From NCBI GenBank assembly GCA_028534125.1, contig CM052816.1, forward strand, positions 93,994,001-94,058,000: DNA of 64,000 nucleotides, read 5' to 3'. Made by a program: the position numbers and the translations under genes. The DNA is from Lama glama (Eukaryota). Numbering within the stretch: the stretch's first letter is position 1; each line of letters begins with the position of its first letter. This document shows positions 11,921 to 24,963 of the stretch, piece by piece. Under the pieces are notes generated by a model. That model made no database searches. It was not told the DNA's origin and worked only from the letters and a program-made list of their open reading frames with translations.

Positions 11921-12797
11921 AAATAATAGGGTAGTATAAACAGGTCATTTGAAAATAAAGACAACATTAAAAAAACCTTGAAAAATCTACAATTAAACAA
12001 AAATTAAATACCATTCCATAATGCAGAGCAAAAAAGACAAAAATGAAAATGATATGTAAAATGTTAATAAATACCTAAGATTAAACCAGGATGACAAGAT
12101 CTCTTTATTAGAAAGAGGAAACAGAAAACATAGCTGAAGAATGACATCAAAAGATTAAATTTTAAAAAATTCCCCAAACTTGAAAACTAGGTAAAATTAT
12201 TTGTAATTTGGTGCCCTGCCAGATAAGATACAAGATAAATTTTTAAAAAAAGGACTATTACCTTGGAACATCTTGTTGAAATTTTAAAAAGTAAAAGTTG
12301 CAGAGACAACACCAAGGGCTTCTAAAAGAAAGATAAAGATAGGAGTGATGAAATAAAATCCAGATGGTCAGCACTGACGCCTTCAGCAACACTGGGTTCA
12401 AAGCTCAGTAGAATATAATCTTCAAAGTTCTGAGGAAAGAAGATTTTGGATCTAGAACTGTCCTATCCAGTCAAATTATGATTTAGGTCTACAAAGCTTA
12501 AACATATTTTGGATCTTGCCAGAGCATCAAAGTTTATTTCCATATATTCATTTTGAAAATAAGTTTGCTTGAGCATGTACTTAAGAAACTTGAAAAAAAA
12601 AAAAAGAAAAGTTGATGAAGCCTTGGACTTCAGGAATCAATGCACTTAATCAAACACAGATATAATACAGGAACTCCCCAGGTGACAGCTCCGCAGCAGG
12701 CAGGAAAAACTCTCCATTTAATTTAAACAAGAAGTCAAAAACTCTGAAAAATTATTTATTTCAAAATGAAGAGTTAATAATAAGGACAATGCAGTTG

Positions 12798-13105
12798 TAC
12801 AAGTCCTTAGTTGGAATGATATAACCCCAAATCCTCTGAAAACTGAGTTTTACTTTTTAGCTCATTTGGTGGTATAATCTGAACTGACCAGAAGCAACAT
12901 ATCATAATCTGTCTTGTGATAGTTTGCATGTTTTATTTCAGAAATATTAAAAATTTTAAGTATGAAGTTATTGCTTTCAAATCTACTGCTTCTGTGAAAT
13001 AATTTGTTACACCTGCCTGGTATCCTTTTTCTAAAATCTGAAAAATACTGCTTTCTAAGTCATCCTTTGCCCCAAGACTTTCAGATGAGGGAATTGAGGC
13101 ACTAT
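12798..13105. mobile_element. Ancient Tigger-type MITE
   Basis: ctaaaatctgaaaaatactg...gccccaagactttcagatgagggaatt resembles the terminus of old Tigger MITEs. Confidence 0.5.
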
Positions 13106-14060
13106 AATTATAACGTAGCTCAAAAGACTGCATTCTGATTTGCAGATGTATACAGTAAGAAATAACTAATTGTTGCGCATTTCACACGCATGACCACAAA
13201 GGCCACCGGTTCATCCGCTTCATATCATTATTCAGAAACGATGGATTGGCTCCCTCCTCATCTACCAGAGCAAAATGTCATCAAAGTGAGGATTAGTGTT
13301 ATGTACATCACTGAGCTAACACAATGCATAGACTTATCTAATCAGAGTCAGAAATTGGGAGCTGCACCAGTATCAAGGCACAGTCATCATTTCAAAGCTA
13401 CAAAAATCAAGAAACAGGGGAATGTTTAGAAGGCTGGGACACGGAATGTGATTCTCCATGACTTTTCTGTGGGGTGTGTGTTCTCTGTCCCAGGGCATGG
13501 CCACTTTACATGTCAGGCAGCATGTTAGGTTGCAAAATATCTCCATCTTACACTTAGATAGTTAGAACTTAGAGAAAATTTTTAGGGTTCCATGCCCCAT
13601 AGGTCTTACATCTGTTGGTTGGAGCAATGCCAAAACAGAAATAAGTTATCAAAAATTTTTTTTATAAAGAGGCTCCTAGCAAATCCTATTAGTCTGTTAA
13701 CCGTAAGATCAGTTATCAGTGCGTTTATAATGATATAAGAATGCCAGCTGCCTTCTCTCTGAGCATCCTTATGGCAAAGAGAAATGGATGGATACAGGTT
13801 ACCTGCTTGACTCCCTTTCCACCTGCCACTTCCCCTTTGCCTATAGCATCATCTGACATACAGTATTCTTCAAATGATCATCTCCTTAGTGACTGAATTA
13901 AGTGAATCTTACCAATAGCTATTGGCAGCAGGGGACATTATGCTCAGAAGGATTCTAGAGACAATATCTAGATGCCAGCGAAATTGTATAGGATGATTTG
14001 GGAGCAACATCTAAACGTATAAGCATAAAAGAAACTTGTGAAACCCACCGTCTACACTTT

Positions 14061-14912
14061 TGTCTCCACTGCTCTTCTGTGGGTTCGTCACCAGTTGTGG
14101 GTTCTGGCCAGCAGAAGTTCCACCGAGACAGAATGAATTACTCAAGACTCTAGGGAAAAGTCAAGAGAGCCAGACAGAGTCAGGAGCCAACTCCACGAGC
14201 CTCTCAAATCTCTCATATTTATTGAGCACAGTTGAAGCAGGAATTTAGGGAAGGACAGGGTGGGATCGCAATGAGTACAAAGGCTTTGTTTATTGTTGGT
14301 GTTTGGCTCAAGGTCAGAAGACCTTTTTTGGTGAATCATAATCGTGTTGAGCCTTTCAGCTTATCAGGGTGGAATGTATGAGAATCAGCTGCCTGACAAG
14401 ATTTTCCTGGACTCAGGCGACTGTGCCTGTCTCAGGTTGCCCCNNNNNNNNNNNNNNNNNNNNNNNNNNNNNNNNNNNNNNNNNNNNNNNNNNNNNNNNN
14501 NNNNNNNNNNNNNNNNNNNNNNNNNNNNNNNNNNNNNNNNNNNTTTTGGTGAATCATAATCGTGTTGAGCCTTTCAGCTTATCAGGGTGGAATGTATGAG
14601 AATCAGCTGCCTGACAAGATTTTCCTGGACTCAGGCGGCTGTGCCTGTCTCAGGTTGCCCCTCAGGGGGGCTTACCCGTCATTGGCTACCCAGCCTTCGC
14701 ACCTCTGGGTCTGCAGCTTTCTATAAGTTGTTTGCCATTCCAGCCCAAGGCTGTTTTGGGGATAGAAGACTAACACCAGGCACGCCCAGCGTTTATACCC
14801 GGGGGGCCTGGGTCATTGCTAAAACCTCAAGGCAGTTACTAAGCACATCTTCTTTAAGGAGATAAGTGGCTGGGATTGTTACAATTTGTTAGCCCAATCA
14901 TGGGCTCCCACA
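14061..14912 (-). mobile_element. Young-looking retroviral LTR (possibly ERV2/beta-like), spanning an assembly gap
   Basis: Minus strand reads TGTGGGAGCCC...GGAGACA; AATAAA on minus at 14218-14223; GC-richer than flanks; flanks cacttt/ctcttc match imperfectly. Confidence 0.65.
14444..14543. other. Assembly gap (100 N)
   Basis: N run. Confidence 1.
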
Positions 14913-15148
14913 CTCTTCAACATAGTCTTCCTGGGAAAGGAATAGTCAACCAAACTAATACAGTTTCTAAATGTCAACATTTAGAGTTTACAAATTTTGA
15001 AAGTGGAAAAAAAAAAGATGACTCTTGAAGTTCACTCATCACCAGGCTATGAATTCCTTGGTTTCATTCAGATTTCCAATTCTGTATTTATAAGGATAGT
15101 TTCTTATTCCTAGACTTTGGTTTGCTCTTAATTATTTTCATAATTAAG

Positions 15149-15265
15149 TTAATGGGACTGCTGATTATTTCCCACAGGACTTAGCTTGGCCTCATTCATA
15201 TTCTGTATTAATGGGACTGCTGATCATTTCCCACAGGACTTAGACAGATCTCATTCATATTCTGT
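15149..15265. repeat. 59-bp tandem duplication
   Basis: ttaatgggactgctgatYatttcccacaggacttag...ctcattcatattctgt twice. Confidence 0.9.
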
Positions 15266-15298
15266 GTTGTAGTCCAAAACTGCTTATCTCGAAACATC

Positions 15299-16442
15299 TG
15301 TGTTAGCTTACTTACTAAGGCTGCTACAACCAAGTCCCATAGACCAGGTGGCTTAAATAACAGAAATTTATTTTCTCACAGTTCTGGGAGGTTAAATGTA
15401 CAAGATCAAGATTAGGCAGGGGTTACATTGGTGGAATGTAAATTGGTGCAGCCACTATGGAAAACAGTATGAAAGTTCCTTAAAAAACTAAAAATAGAGT
15501 TACCCTATGATCTAGCAGTCCCACTCCTGGGCATATATCTGGAGAAAACTCTAACTTAAAAAGATACGTGCACACCAGTGTTGTTAGGAGCACTATTTAC
15601 AATAGCCAAGACGTGGAAGGAAGCAACCCAAATGTTCATTGACAAATGAATGGAAAAAGAAATTGTAGAACGGAACATGACTCAGCCATAAAAAAGAATG
15701 AAATAATGCCATTTGCAGCAACATGGATGGACCTAGAGATTATTATATTAATTGAAGTGTGTCAGACAAAGACAAATATTATATGCTATTACTTATATGT
15801 GGAATCTAATAAAATGATATAAATTAACTTATTTACAAACCAGAAATAGACTCATAGACCTTGAAAACAAACTATGGTTACCAAAGGGGAAAGGGGTTGG
15901 GGGGAGGGATAAATTAGAAGTCTGGGATTAACAGATATACACTACTATATATGAAATAGATGAACAACAAGAACCTACTGTAGAGCACAAAGAACTATAT
16001 TCAAAATCTTGTAATAACCTAAAACGGAAAATAGTCTGAAAAGGAATATATATATATGTATATGCATATCTGAATCGCTTTGTTATACGCTTGAAACTAA
16101 CATTGTACATCAACATTGTAAATCAACTATACTTCACTAAAATGTTTTTTTAATTAAAAAAAATATGTAGGCAGGGTTGACTTATTTGGGAACATCTTTC
16201 CATGGCTTGTAGACAACCATCTTTTCTCTCCGTCTTCACATGTCCTTCCACTGTGTATGTTTGTGTTGAAATCTCTTTTTATCAGGAGACAAATCATACT
16301 GGATTAGGGTCCACCCTGATGACCTTATGCAATGTTAATTACTATTTTTAAGACCAGATCTCCAAATACAGTCACTTGTGAGGTACTAGGGATTAAAACT
16401 TCCACATCTCAGTGGGGGAGGGGCAACATTCAGCTCATAAGT
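15299..16442 (-). mobile_element. MLT1A/B MaLR LTR interrupted by L1
   Basis: ggtggcttaaataacagaaatttattttctcacagttctgg ... ggattagggtccaccctgatgacc...tctccaaatacagtcac...cattcagctcataa. Confidence 0.85.
15425..16164 (+). mobile_element. 5'-truncated cetartiodactyl-type L1 3' end
   Basis: gtaaattggtgcagccactatggaaaacagtatg...acattgtaaatcaactatacttca and A-rich tail; degenerate TSD attaggcaggggtt/atgtaggcagggtt. Confidence 0.9.
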
Positions 16443-17163
16443 ACTATCATCCAAGGCAGAGAATTATCACGCATGACACAGTAGAGTTACTTTTTCAGCA
16501 CTGTTTTATTCTACTTGACTTTAAGGGAATTATTTCTTTTCCTTGGGGAAAATATCAGTGTTTTCTTCTTCAGTGAGAGTCATTTGTGAGTGCATGTGTC
16601 GTCCTCTTTTTGGTAATGCAATCACTGTCCTTTGGCAGAAACAGATTACCAAACTTCGTGAATAAAATTCCAGAGGCAGACATCTATGGCACGTAAGGGG
16701 ACTCAGCTAGCCAAAAACTCACCACTTGAACTTGTGAATCTCTGCAAAAGATGTTGTTGGGAATAAACAAATCCATTTAGGAAATGTTCTCTAGTTGGAA
16801 AATCTAAATCTACGTGAACAAAAAATAGTATTTTCTGAATCATTAAGAATTCAATGATAACCAAAATATACAAAAATAGTACAGTGAAAATTAGTGCGCT
16901 TCCAAAGAGTCTCTGAGTTGACACTGGCTTTTGAAAAGTTGCCGAAACTTCTAAAGAAACTATTATTTAGTGAATTTTAAGGAAAAATAAGTATGCAATT
17001 ATTTTCTTTGATGATAAGTTTTCACCAAAATGCTGATTACTGCTAAAAAATAAATAAATAAATAAGTCTGCCTGTGTTGTCATCAACAATCCAGTTTTTT
17101 CTCCAAGAATTCTTGCTTGGCTATGCTTTCCATTTTAGAACTTTGCATTTAAGAATTTAGATC

Positions 17164-17603
17164 TGTCATATATAGCTTTTATGATTTTAAGATATGTTCC
17201 CTCTATGCTCACTTTGGTGACAGTTTTTATCATAAATTGGTGTTGAATTTTATCAAAAGCTTTTTCTGTGTCTATCGAGATGATCATGTGGTTTTTGCTC
17301 TTTCTCTTGTTGATGTGATGTATTACACTGATTGATTTGTGTATGTTGAAACACCCTTGTGTCCCTGGGATGAACCCCACTTGATCACGATGTATAATCT
17401 TTTTTATATGCTGTTGGACTCTATTTGCTAATATTTTGGTAAGGATTTTTGCATCTGTATTCATCAGTGATATTGGTCTGTAATTCTCTTTTTTGATGGT
17501 GTCTTTGCTTGGTTTTGATATCAGGGTGATGATGGCTTCATAGAATGAGTTTGGGAATATTCCCTCCTTTTCAATCTTCTGGGAGAGTTTGAGAAGGACT
17601 GGT
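17164..17603 (-). mobile_element. L1 ORF2 reverse-transcriptase fragment, reading frame open
   Basis: [64 protein letters not shown]...[12 protein letters not shown]. Confidence 0.95.
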
Positions 17604-17784
17604 CAATGTATCTTTAATATGTGTTATGTGTCATATGTTTGTAAGCAAGGATGTCATAATTTCTTCAATTTATTTTTGCCCTATACTGTATGAAAGCATG
17701 GATCACATCTGTTTTATAAATTATACTAAATAACATACCAAGGAACTTACTGAGCAAGTGAGATTATAAATTTAAATATGAGTC

Positions 17785-19295
17785 TTTCAGACTTCTGGTT
17801 TCAGCTTAGATATGTAAAGAGATAGGAAGCCATCATTCCACAAAAACAAGAAGAAAAAGATGAGCAGACTGAAAATTAATGAATTTTCATAAACCCTGAG
17901 GTTTCAGGACCAACCACCATCACTCAGGCCACTGCAGGGAGATACAGGATCCAAACATTCATTTCCTGTGCAGAAGCCACTGGACTCCACATAAGCCATC
18001 AGGAGGATTAAATTGGGAATTCTGACAAATTGCTGGAGGCTGAATATGGACTGGCGTGAGAATGAGAAGCAACTGAACGCCACAGTCATGGGGACATTTT
18101 TGCAGCTCTTTGCCCCAGAAATCTCTCAAAATGTGGGTCTGCAGAAGGTGCCACCATCTGTGGTACAGGAAGTGCCCACAGCCCATGGAAAGGACACGTG
18201 AATACACAGAAACCTTTTCCTTATGGAACAAAAGGTCCAATCTGCAAGCAGAAGAAAGTCAACAAATGGAGTGGTGAAACTCCATTACAGTCAAGGGACG
18301 TGACCTCAGTACAGCCCCAGCCTCCAGTCTCACTGAAGGATGCACCAAAAGCCAAAATCTGCAGGAAAGATGGCCTGAAGGACACAGACTAGGAACATAG
18401 CAGGAGAGCCACCAGGAAAGAGGGCAGAGCGGCAGAGGAAAGTCTCCAGCCCTGAAGGAACACGGGAACACTTGTAAAAGTCACACCCTCATGACACAGG
18501 TCCACTGTGTACTCTGGAGACTATGACTTAATCAGAAGATGAGAGGATTTCCTTCCTAAGTCCTATACTCACACTAATAAATCTCCATTAACTATAATGG
18601 TAGATAGTAGCCAGGAGAGTTGCAAGAAGTAGACATTTTCCCAAGGAAAGTGAAGCCCCCAAACCAGAAAGGAGGTTAGAAACAAGGTAACTAGAGGAGT
18701 TTGAAACAGCTCGAGTACTAGATAGAATAATAACTCCCATAGTGAATTCTTTTTACTAAGATACCTGCCGCTCTCTGCAACATACCCAGCTTTCAAAACG
18801 AATTTACAAGCGTGCTAAAAGACAAGAGATGCACACTAGGAGGAGATAAAGTAATAATCAGAACCATATTTCAATATGGCATCAGCATTGAAATTATCAC
18901 ACGGGGAACTTAGAGTAATTAAAGGCATACAACTTGCAAGATTAGGTGAGTAATATCATGAGAGATGTGGGAACCATAAGAAATAATTTCAGGAAATGGT
19001 AGAAATCAAAACACAGTAGCAAAAATTAGGAATACCTTCATATGCTCATTCATAGTTAACGCAGCCAAGGAAAGAATCAGTGACCTTGAAGATAGGTCAA
19101 TGGAAATTACTCACAATGAAATGCAAAGAGGAAAAAAGAGTCCAAAACATACAATAGGTCAGCTAAGAAATGCAGGATAAAATAAAATGTAACATTAACA
19201 TCTTTGTAATGCCAAAGGGGGAAGAAAGAAACACAGCACGAGAACTATAAGAGAAATAATTACCAAAAACTTTGCAAAAAATTTTTTACAGGCCA
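17785..19295 (+). mobile_element. Old L1 5' region and ORF1 (L1MC/L1MD-type 5' end)
   Basis: gacttctggtttcagc start; gcagccaaggaaagaatcagtgaccttgaagataggtcaatggaaatt is an ORF1 coiled-coil motif. Confidence 0.7.
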
Positions 19296-19309
19296 TCAGT
19301 TATTATTAG

Positions 19310-19500
19310 ACCCAAATAAGTGGATGGGTCTCAAAGGCATTATGCTGAGTGAAAGAATCCAGCCTCGATGTGATGCTAGTGTTTGCCAGAGCCCCGTGGC
19401 TGGTGAGATTGTGAAATTGTGGAGAGGTTTTCTAAAGTGATAAAAATATCTTCTTTCCTAATTGGTGATAGTTAACACAGACTTATACATGTGTAGAGCT
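19310..19500 (+). mobile_element. L1MC-like 3' UTR fragment
   Basis: tggatgggtctcaaaggcattatgctgagtgaaagaatccag. Confidence 0.6.
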
Positions 19501-20259
19501 GCAGTAAGATTAGTCTAACAGCTACCTACAGACTTCTCAGCCAGCAATCTGCACTCAGTTCTGTTTGGTGCCTCTGCATTTCCAGCTTCTCGTTTGACTA
19601 TTTTATGAGCTTCCAGCTCCTGTTTTCATTTGTTTCTTCACCAGCCTCTCCAATAATTGTGTAAGATTCAATTAATAAAATTAGCCCATTAAGCCAATGA
19701 TGTTTTAATATTATGTTCAAAATAGTGTTCTTGTCTTATAGTTGAGAAACGTTTATAATGATCTTATCTGTTTTTTAAATCTTAGTCTGATGTATATTAG
19801 AATAACAAGTAAATATCTATGGTAGAATCAGAAAAACTGGGTGATTCGTAACTTTAAGAAAGCTAAATCAAGGTCACCCCTGCATATTTAGTCTTGAACC
19901 AGAAGAGCAGATTATTGAAAGAAACAACTGAGTAATTCTAATTAAAACTGGCTTTTCTATTGGCCATATTGATGTTACCTGTAGGGTCAATCAGTGATGA
20001 TCTAAACCTTAACAAGTAGCTGTAAAAATGCATTTTATCCCACAAAACTTTATTTTCCTTCTTTTCTCTCTTAAGTTTTGAGTAATTCCTTGTGGTATGG
20101 AATATTTGTACAGAGACTCTAGTTCGTTCTCAGTAATCTTACTGAAAAGTGTCTGCCTTCAAATAAAACACTGAGAGATTTTAACTTAGTGGAAGACTAA
20201 ATGCATTAATGACTGAAATTAAGCCTCTTTGTCATTTCACTATGATTTTGCAAATTCTC

Positions 20260-20660
20260 ACTATGATGGGTGATCTCCATTTGCCCCACCATTTAAGCTC
20301 TGGCTGGCTTTTGTCTTCTTTTGGCCAAGAGAATGAGGCGGACATAACACTGTGATGATCTGTTGCCCAGGACCATGAGGCCTTAGGCACATCCCCTCAG
20401 TTGCTTAGAATTCTGCCTCTCCACCCCAATCACAAGACCAGACTAGCCTGCTGATAAAAAAAATCCTGTGGAGCATTAAGTAAGTTTTCCCATATGAGAC
20501 TCTTCTAACTGGTTGGTCCCCAACTGACCCGCCATGAAGTCATAGGCAAGGAGCAACACCAACGAGGCTGACCCAGCAGAACCCTGGACGAATGGTTGTT
20601 TTAAGCCTTTATGTTTTGTGATTTGTTATGTGGAATTAGAGGGGCAAGAGGTAATAGACT
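20260..20660 (+). mobile_element. MLT1G/H-type MaLR LTR
   Basis: ttggccaagagaatgaggcgga...gactagcctgctga...tggttgttttaagcc...ttttgtgatttgttatg. Confidence 0.65.
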
Positions 20661-23214
20661 TATTAACAATTTATTTCGTCAGAAATAAATGTTGCCATCC
20701 TCAACGGGAAGCATCTATCTATCCAGCAGGCCCTGGACTCAGTACTCTGTATGGCTTTTCATACTTACCTAGAGGTGAGAAGGGTCCTAGATTACCTACA
20801 CATTATGTGTTACATCCGCAATTTAAGCTCAAAACTCCAATGTCCATTCTCTTTCTCCTGCATTCTTCTACCTCCTCATAGCTAGAAAAGAATGTAGAGC
20901 CTAAGATAAAATTTTAAAAGAACATATGTTATCCTTTCTCGTGAAATGGAAAGTCCGTTCTCTCTTTCCCCCACTATACTTAACTATGCTGAAAAACACA
21001 CGTCCTCATATTCTTTTTAGTGACAAGAAATTAGTAGTTAAGGAAGAAAGTCAGTCAAAATGATATGGCCTTATCAAAAAAGTCCCCAAAGGGAACTACC
21101 AGAACCTTTACGCAAACTAGCTGAACTGAGCTGACAATGCTTTGTTCCAAAAGAAGAAAACCAAAGCTAAGAATCTCTTTTCCAGCAAAATTCTCATGTT
21201 TTTTCCACTCGGCCATACTATCTGCCTCAATGTATTCTTAAAAGTTTTCATTGCTCTATTCCTTGTTACGTGAAGCCATATGTGGTATAATACTTTTATA
21301 AATGTATTTTAGAAAGTGAAAAATGTCTGTACCACAGCAAACAGCCTTTGACAATTATTTTTATTTATTTATTTACTTGTTTGGTATATAATTTCTTTCG
21401 CTTACCTTGGGAGCTTGGGAAGGCAATTAAGGAAAGAAATAAAATATCCCCTGCTTTCTCTTTATAGTTTCACAAAAGTGGAAGAAACTATCTGGCTTTC
21501 TCTAGCTTAGGGATCATTAAAAAGTTGCCACTTTGATGTGTGTTCCGAAAAAAACTTTCTCTAAGAATTGCTCACAGGTTCCCAGATATGCCAAAAGAGA
21601 ACAAACAGAAAGAGATGAAGATGCTAGAAGTCCCAAGTGGATTGTGAGAGGTTTAGAAAATGAGAATTCTCAATAATGCATTGTTCAAATTTCTCTTCAT
21701 CAAACATGATGACATGGTTATATTTTCCTGTATTGTTTCAATAATATAATCGCTAAGAAAGACATACTTTTTTTTTCCCCAAAATAAGTGAAGATCATGA
21801 GGATATAAACAAAGAGTGGATGATTTATTGATGTACACAAAGCAAATGTATAAATAATTTCTTATCTTCACTCACATAAATTTTGTATTCTGAGCTAAAA
21901 TCCTAGTTTCTATTTGTTTCATTTTGCTCTGCCTGTGTATTGTACTGTGGGAAGCACAGCCCTTGCTGTCTTTTTGTTTATTATAATAAGAACAACACTT
22001 TCCTTTTCAGATTTCACTCGCGATTGCACTACAAAGGGTATTTACCTCTCTCACTATTTACAATGTCCTTTGCATCTATCGCCTTGGTACAAAAGCTGGT
22101 TAAATTTAGACTTTTTTCAATTCTTCCAGTTCATTTTGGACACTTACCTTTTAAAATATGCTACTTGAAATATGAATGCAGGCCAAATATTGCAACTTTA
22201 CATTCTCTTGATAGAAAAAGAGGATGGACCAATAATTTTTTTGTATTTTAACAAACTGTGACCCTTTTCATGAAACAAAACGCATACATCATTACAACGC
22301 CACAATTAAATATGTACTAGGAAGATAATTCTACTGCTGAATAGCTCGAGTTATTACTGCTCCAACAATTTAACATTGCTCTTCTGGTCATTGAAAGACT
22401 GTAGTTTTTTCCTACTCTGATTATAATTGCTGCTGTTAATTTCTGTAAAAATACTGGCACTTTCTTCATTGCAAGCAAGGATGGGCAAACTGGTTTAATG
22501 TGCATTTTGCCGTATTAACCTCTTGCAGAGATTATTAGAATAAACAAAATGGCTTTTGATATTATAGATAACGTACTTCTATTTAATTTGAGTTAAATAC
22601 AGTAAAATGGTCATTCACAAAAAAGGTTTTAATGCTTACTTTTCAGAAGAGCAAAACAATACGAATTTAGCTGGGATTAGTGATTTTGCAAATAAAAGTT
22701 GAGAAAAACATCACAGATTTGCAACTAATAGTACACACAGGTATGACATTTTAATTTGATGTTTATGGTAATTATTTTATTTTCCTTAAATATCATAAAT
22801 TGTTAATTCATTATGGAAATAAATATACAACTAACATTTTACTTCAATAACTAAAGGAATAAGAATAATGGGAATGTACTAGCAGAACCAAGTAATCCCA
22901 GAAAATAACTTTAAAAAAAAAAACTGTTATAGATTGATAGGTAATATTTAATGTGTATTATGATTCAAGTGCTTCTTCATGTTTGATACAATTATTTTCA
23001 AGTTTAATTGTGTATAAATACACTAGATTAAACACAGTAGATCACCTTAGTCTAAATTTTTTAAGTATTTTTAGTTTTTGAAGTTACATGAACAATTATA
23101 TCTATGAATTCAAAGCCCGCATCACTACTTTCAATGTCTAAAATATATTCATAAAGATGGTCCAACGTGCTCGGTTGATTAAAGAGGCCATTGCAATATA
23201 ACCAAAACAACCCT

Positions 23215-23360
23215 TTTGAGAGTTGGAAGAAAGAAATTTGCTCCATGTTCATCCACTAACAACCTAAGAGACCTTGGAAAGATGAATGAAGCTCATTCCA
23301 TAACTTTATCCTTTTCTGTAAGATGTGGAAATTTGACTAACTGATCCCTAAGGCCTATTT
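23215..23360 (+). mobile_element. MIR fragment
   Basis: gaccttggaaag...cttttctgtaagatgtgg...ctgatccctaaggcc. Confidence 0.45.
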
Positions 23361-23444
23361 AAATGTAAAAGTAGAAACTTCATCACTGCTGACTCTTTAC
23401 CACTTACAAAAGTGAAATACGCATTTCACTACCTGCTGGGATTT

Positions 23445-23582
23445 TAAACCACTTAAGAAGCAAGGGTGCATATTATTCTCGTTACCTGCTACATCCCAAT
23501 GCTCACCTCAATGCCTAATGTAACAGAGGCGAGTCACTCAGGAAAAATTTCCTGGGCAAATGAACAAGGAATGAATGAATAG
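23445..23582 (+). mobile_element. L2 3' end
   Basis: ctgctacatcccaatgc...atgcctaatg...tgaatgaat tail. Confidence 0.55.
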
Positions 23583-24397
23583 ATTTTTTCTGCTAGTGGC
23601 TATATTTCCTTCTTGTCTGTCTGAATGAATGGTTATTTCTCTTCATATTTTAATATTGCTCTAATATTTGTCATTACTATAGAATACTTGCTGTTCAATT
23701 ATAATGAGGAAAAATGTCACCAATTGTTTAATTTTCCTTGCTGATTGGATGTGGGTAACTTTGACATGCCTGACCCTTATTCCCAAACTTTAAAATGCCA
23801 AGAAAAATGTCTTCTGCCCAGGAAATAGAAAATTATTTAAAATTATAAAACACATAGAACATTTGTTCCCAGTAGAATGAACTAGAAATTTTCGACCAAC
23901 TTTTCTGCTCAGCACCAGAGGTGAAGTATAAATAGCACTGGAATCTTACATGGCTATGAGGCATTCTCAAGCCAAGATCCAAAGAGAATTGCTTTTCAAT
24001 TCTCAGATGGGTGGCTGAGATCCTATGAGAATGAGCATCATGTCTGAGGGTCCCGTAAGATTAGGAGGCTGCAAGTTGAAATTGAGACCCATTCAAATTG
24101 CAGTTCTGCTAAACAGGCTGCACGATAGGTGGGGGCCCTGAATACGGCACCCTAGAAATAAGGGTGGTCCAGTTCTCCCCACCTAAACTCAAATCTCAGT
24201 CCCTGGAATTGGGGTCAGGAAGCCACACACTGCTAGTGTCCCTGAGAGGTGGGTGACAGAAGCAAATGGAGCTCGCCTCTAGAAGAGAAAGTTATACCAG
24301 GTTTCCAAATCGTTTACAGAACAATTTTATCAAATGAAATGCTTAGCACATAATAACCAAAGAACCAAGCTGGCAGCAATTTTTAAAAAATAACTTG

Positions 24398-24398
24398 T

Positions 24399-24449
<51 letters not shown>

Positions 24450-24477
24450 GAGGACTTGGATTTATTTATTTATTTAT
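24398..24477. repeat. (TTTA)n microsatellite, interrupted
   Basis: About 13 units, a short spacer, then further units. Confidence 0.95.
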
Positions 24478-24900
24478 ATTAATTTTTATGAGATTAACAA
24501 GTGGAAAGTCATTTAAACCAGGTGCAGGGTGCTCTGACTGAGAAATTAAACTTATAAAGCATTCATAGTTTTTTAATCCTTGGACAAAAATTAACCAAAC
24601 CTGAGGTTCATCTTTCCCACTGTGTGCATTAGTAAACTCATTTACTTGGGATATGTGTGTGTGTACACATCTGCTAGCAATAACAGAAGGAGAAACTGAT
24701 GATGGGCTTAATAAAAGATTAAAATCTATGTATTTGTTATTTCGAAAAGAGAACAATCATCTTTTTATGAATCAAGAACTGGTTGTCCAGAATTAACATG
24801 CTAGCCACTTTAGATTGATCTGGAAACGGAGACAATAAAGGATGGACCCCCACAGCCATGCACACAGGATCTGAATGAACAGAATTAAACGACAACCAAA

Positions 24901-24963
24901 ATATACAACCCCAAAGGTACGTTATCTATAATTTATATACAACCCCAGAGATACGTTTTCTAT
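24901..24963. repeat. About 35-bp tandem duplication
   Basis: atatacaaccccaaaggtacgttatctat / atatacaaccccagagatacgttttctat. Confidence 0.85.

Larger units (their letters stand above)
10060..12790 (+). mobile_element. HAL1/L1ME ORF1-like element, interrupted by MER47 and L1MA
   Basis: ttcaaagttctgaggaaagaagattttggatctagaa...tatccagtcaaatt is ORF1-like; ggaactccccaggtgacagctccgcagcagg is HAL1 3'-like. Confidence 0.6.

Noticed and set aside
14344..14865. Repeated ORFs MECMRISCLTRF
   Set aside because: Result from the gap-flanking duplication inside an LTR
15149..15265. CRISPR-like or functional repeat array
   Set aside because: Only two adjacent copies with no spacers; the same applies to 24901-24963 and 41331-41386
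17135..17464. Reverse transcriptase as part of a novel RT system (retron/DGR-like)
   Set aside because: Plain LINE-1 ORF2 fragment in mammalian DNA, lacking the catalytic region
23061..23252. 63-aa ORF as a pseudogene fragment
   Set aside because: No recognisable homology; partly overlaps a MIR-like segment
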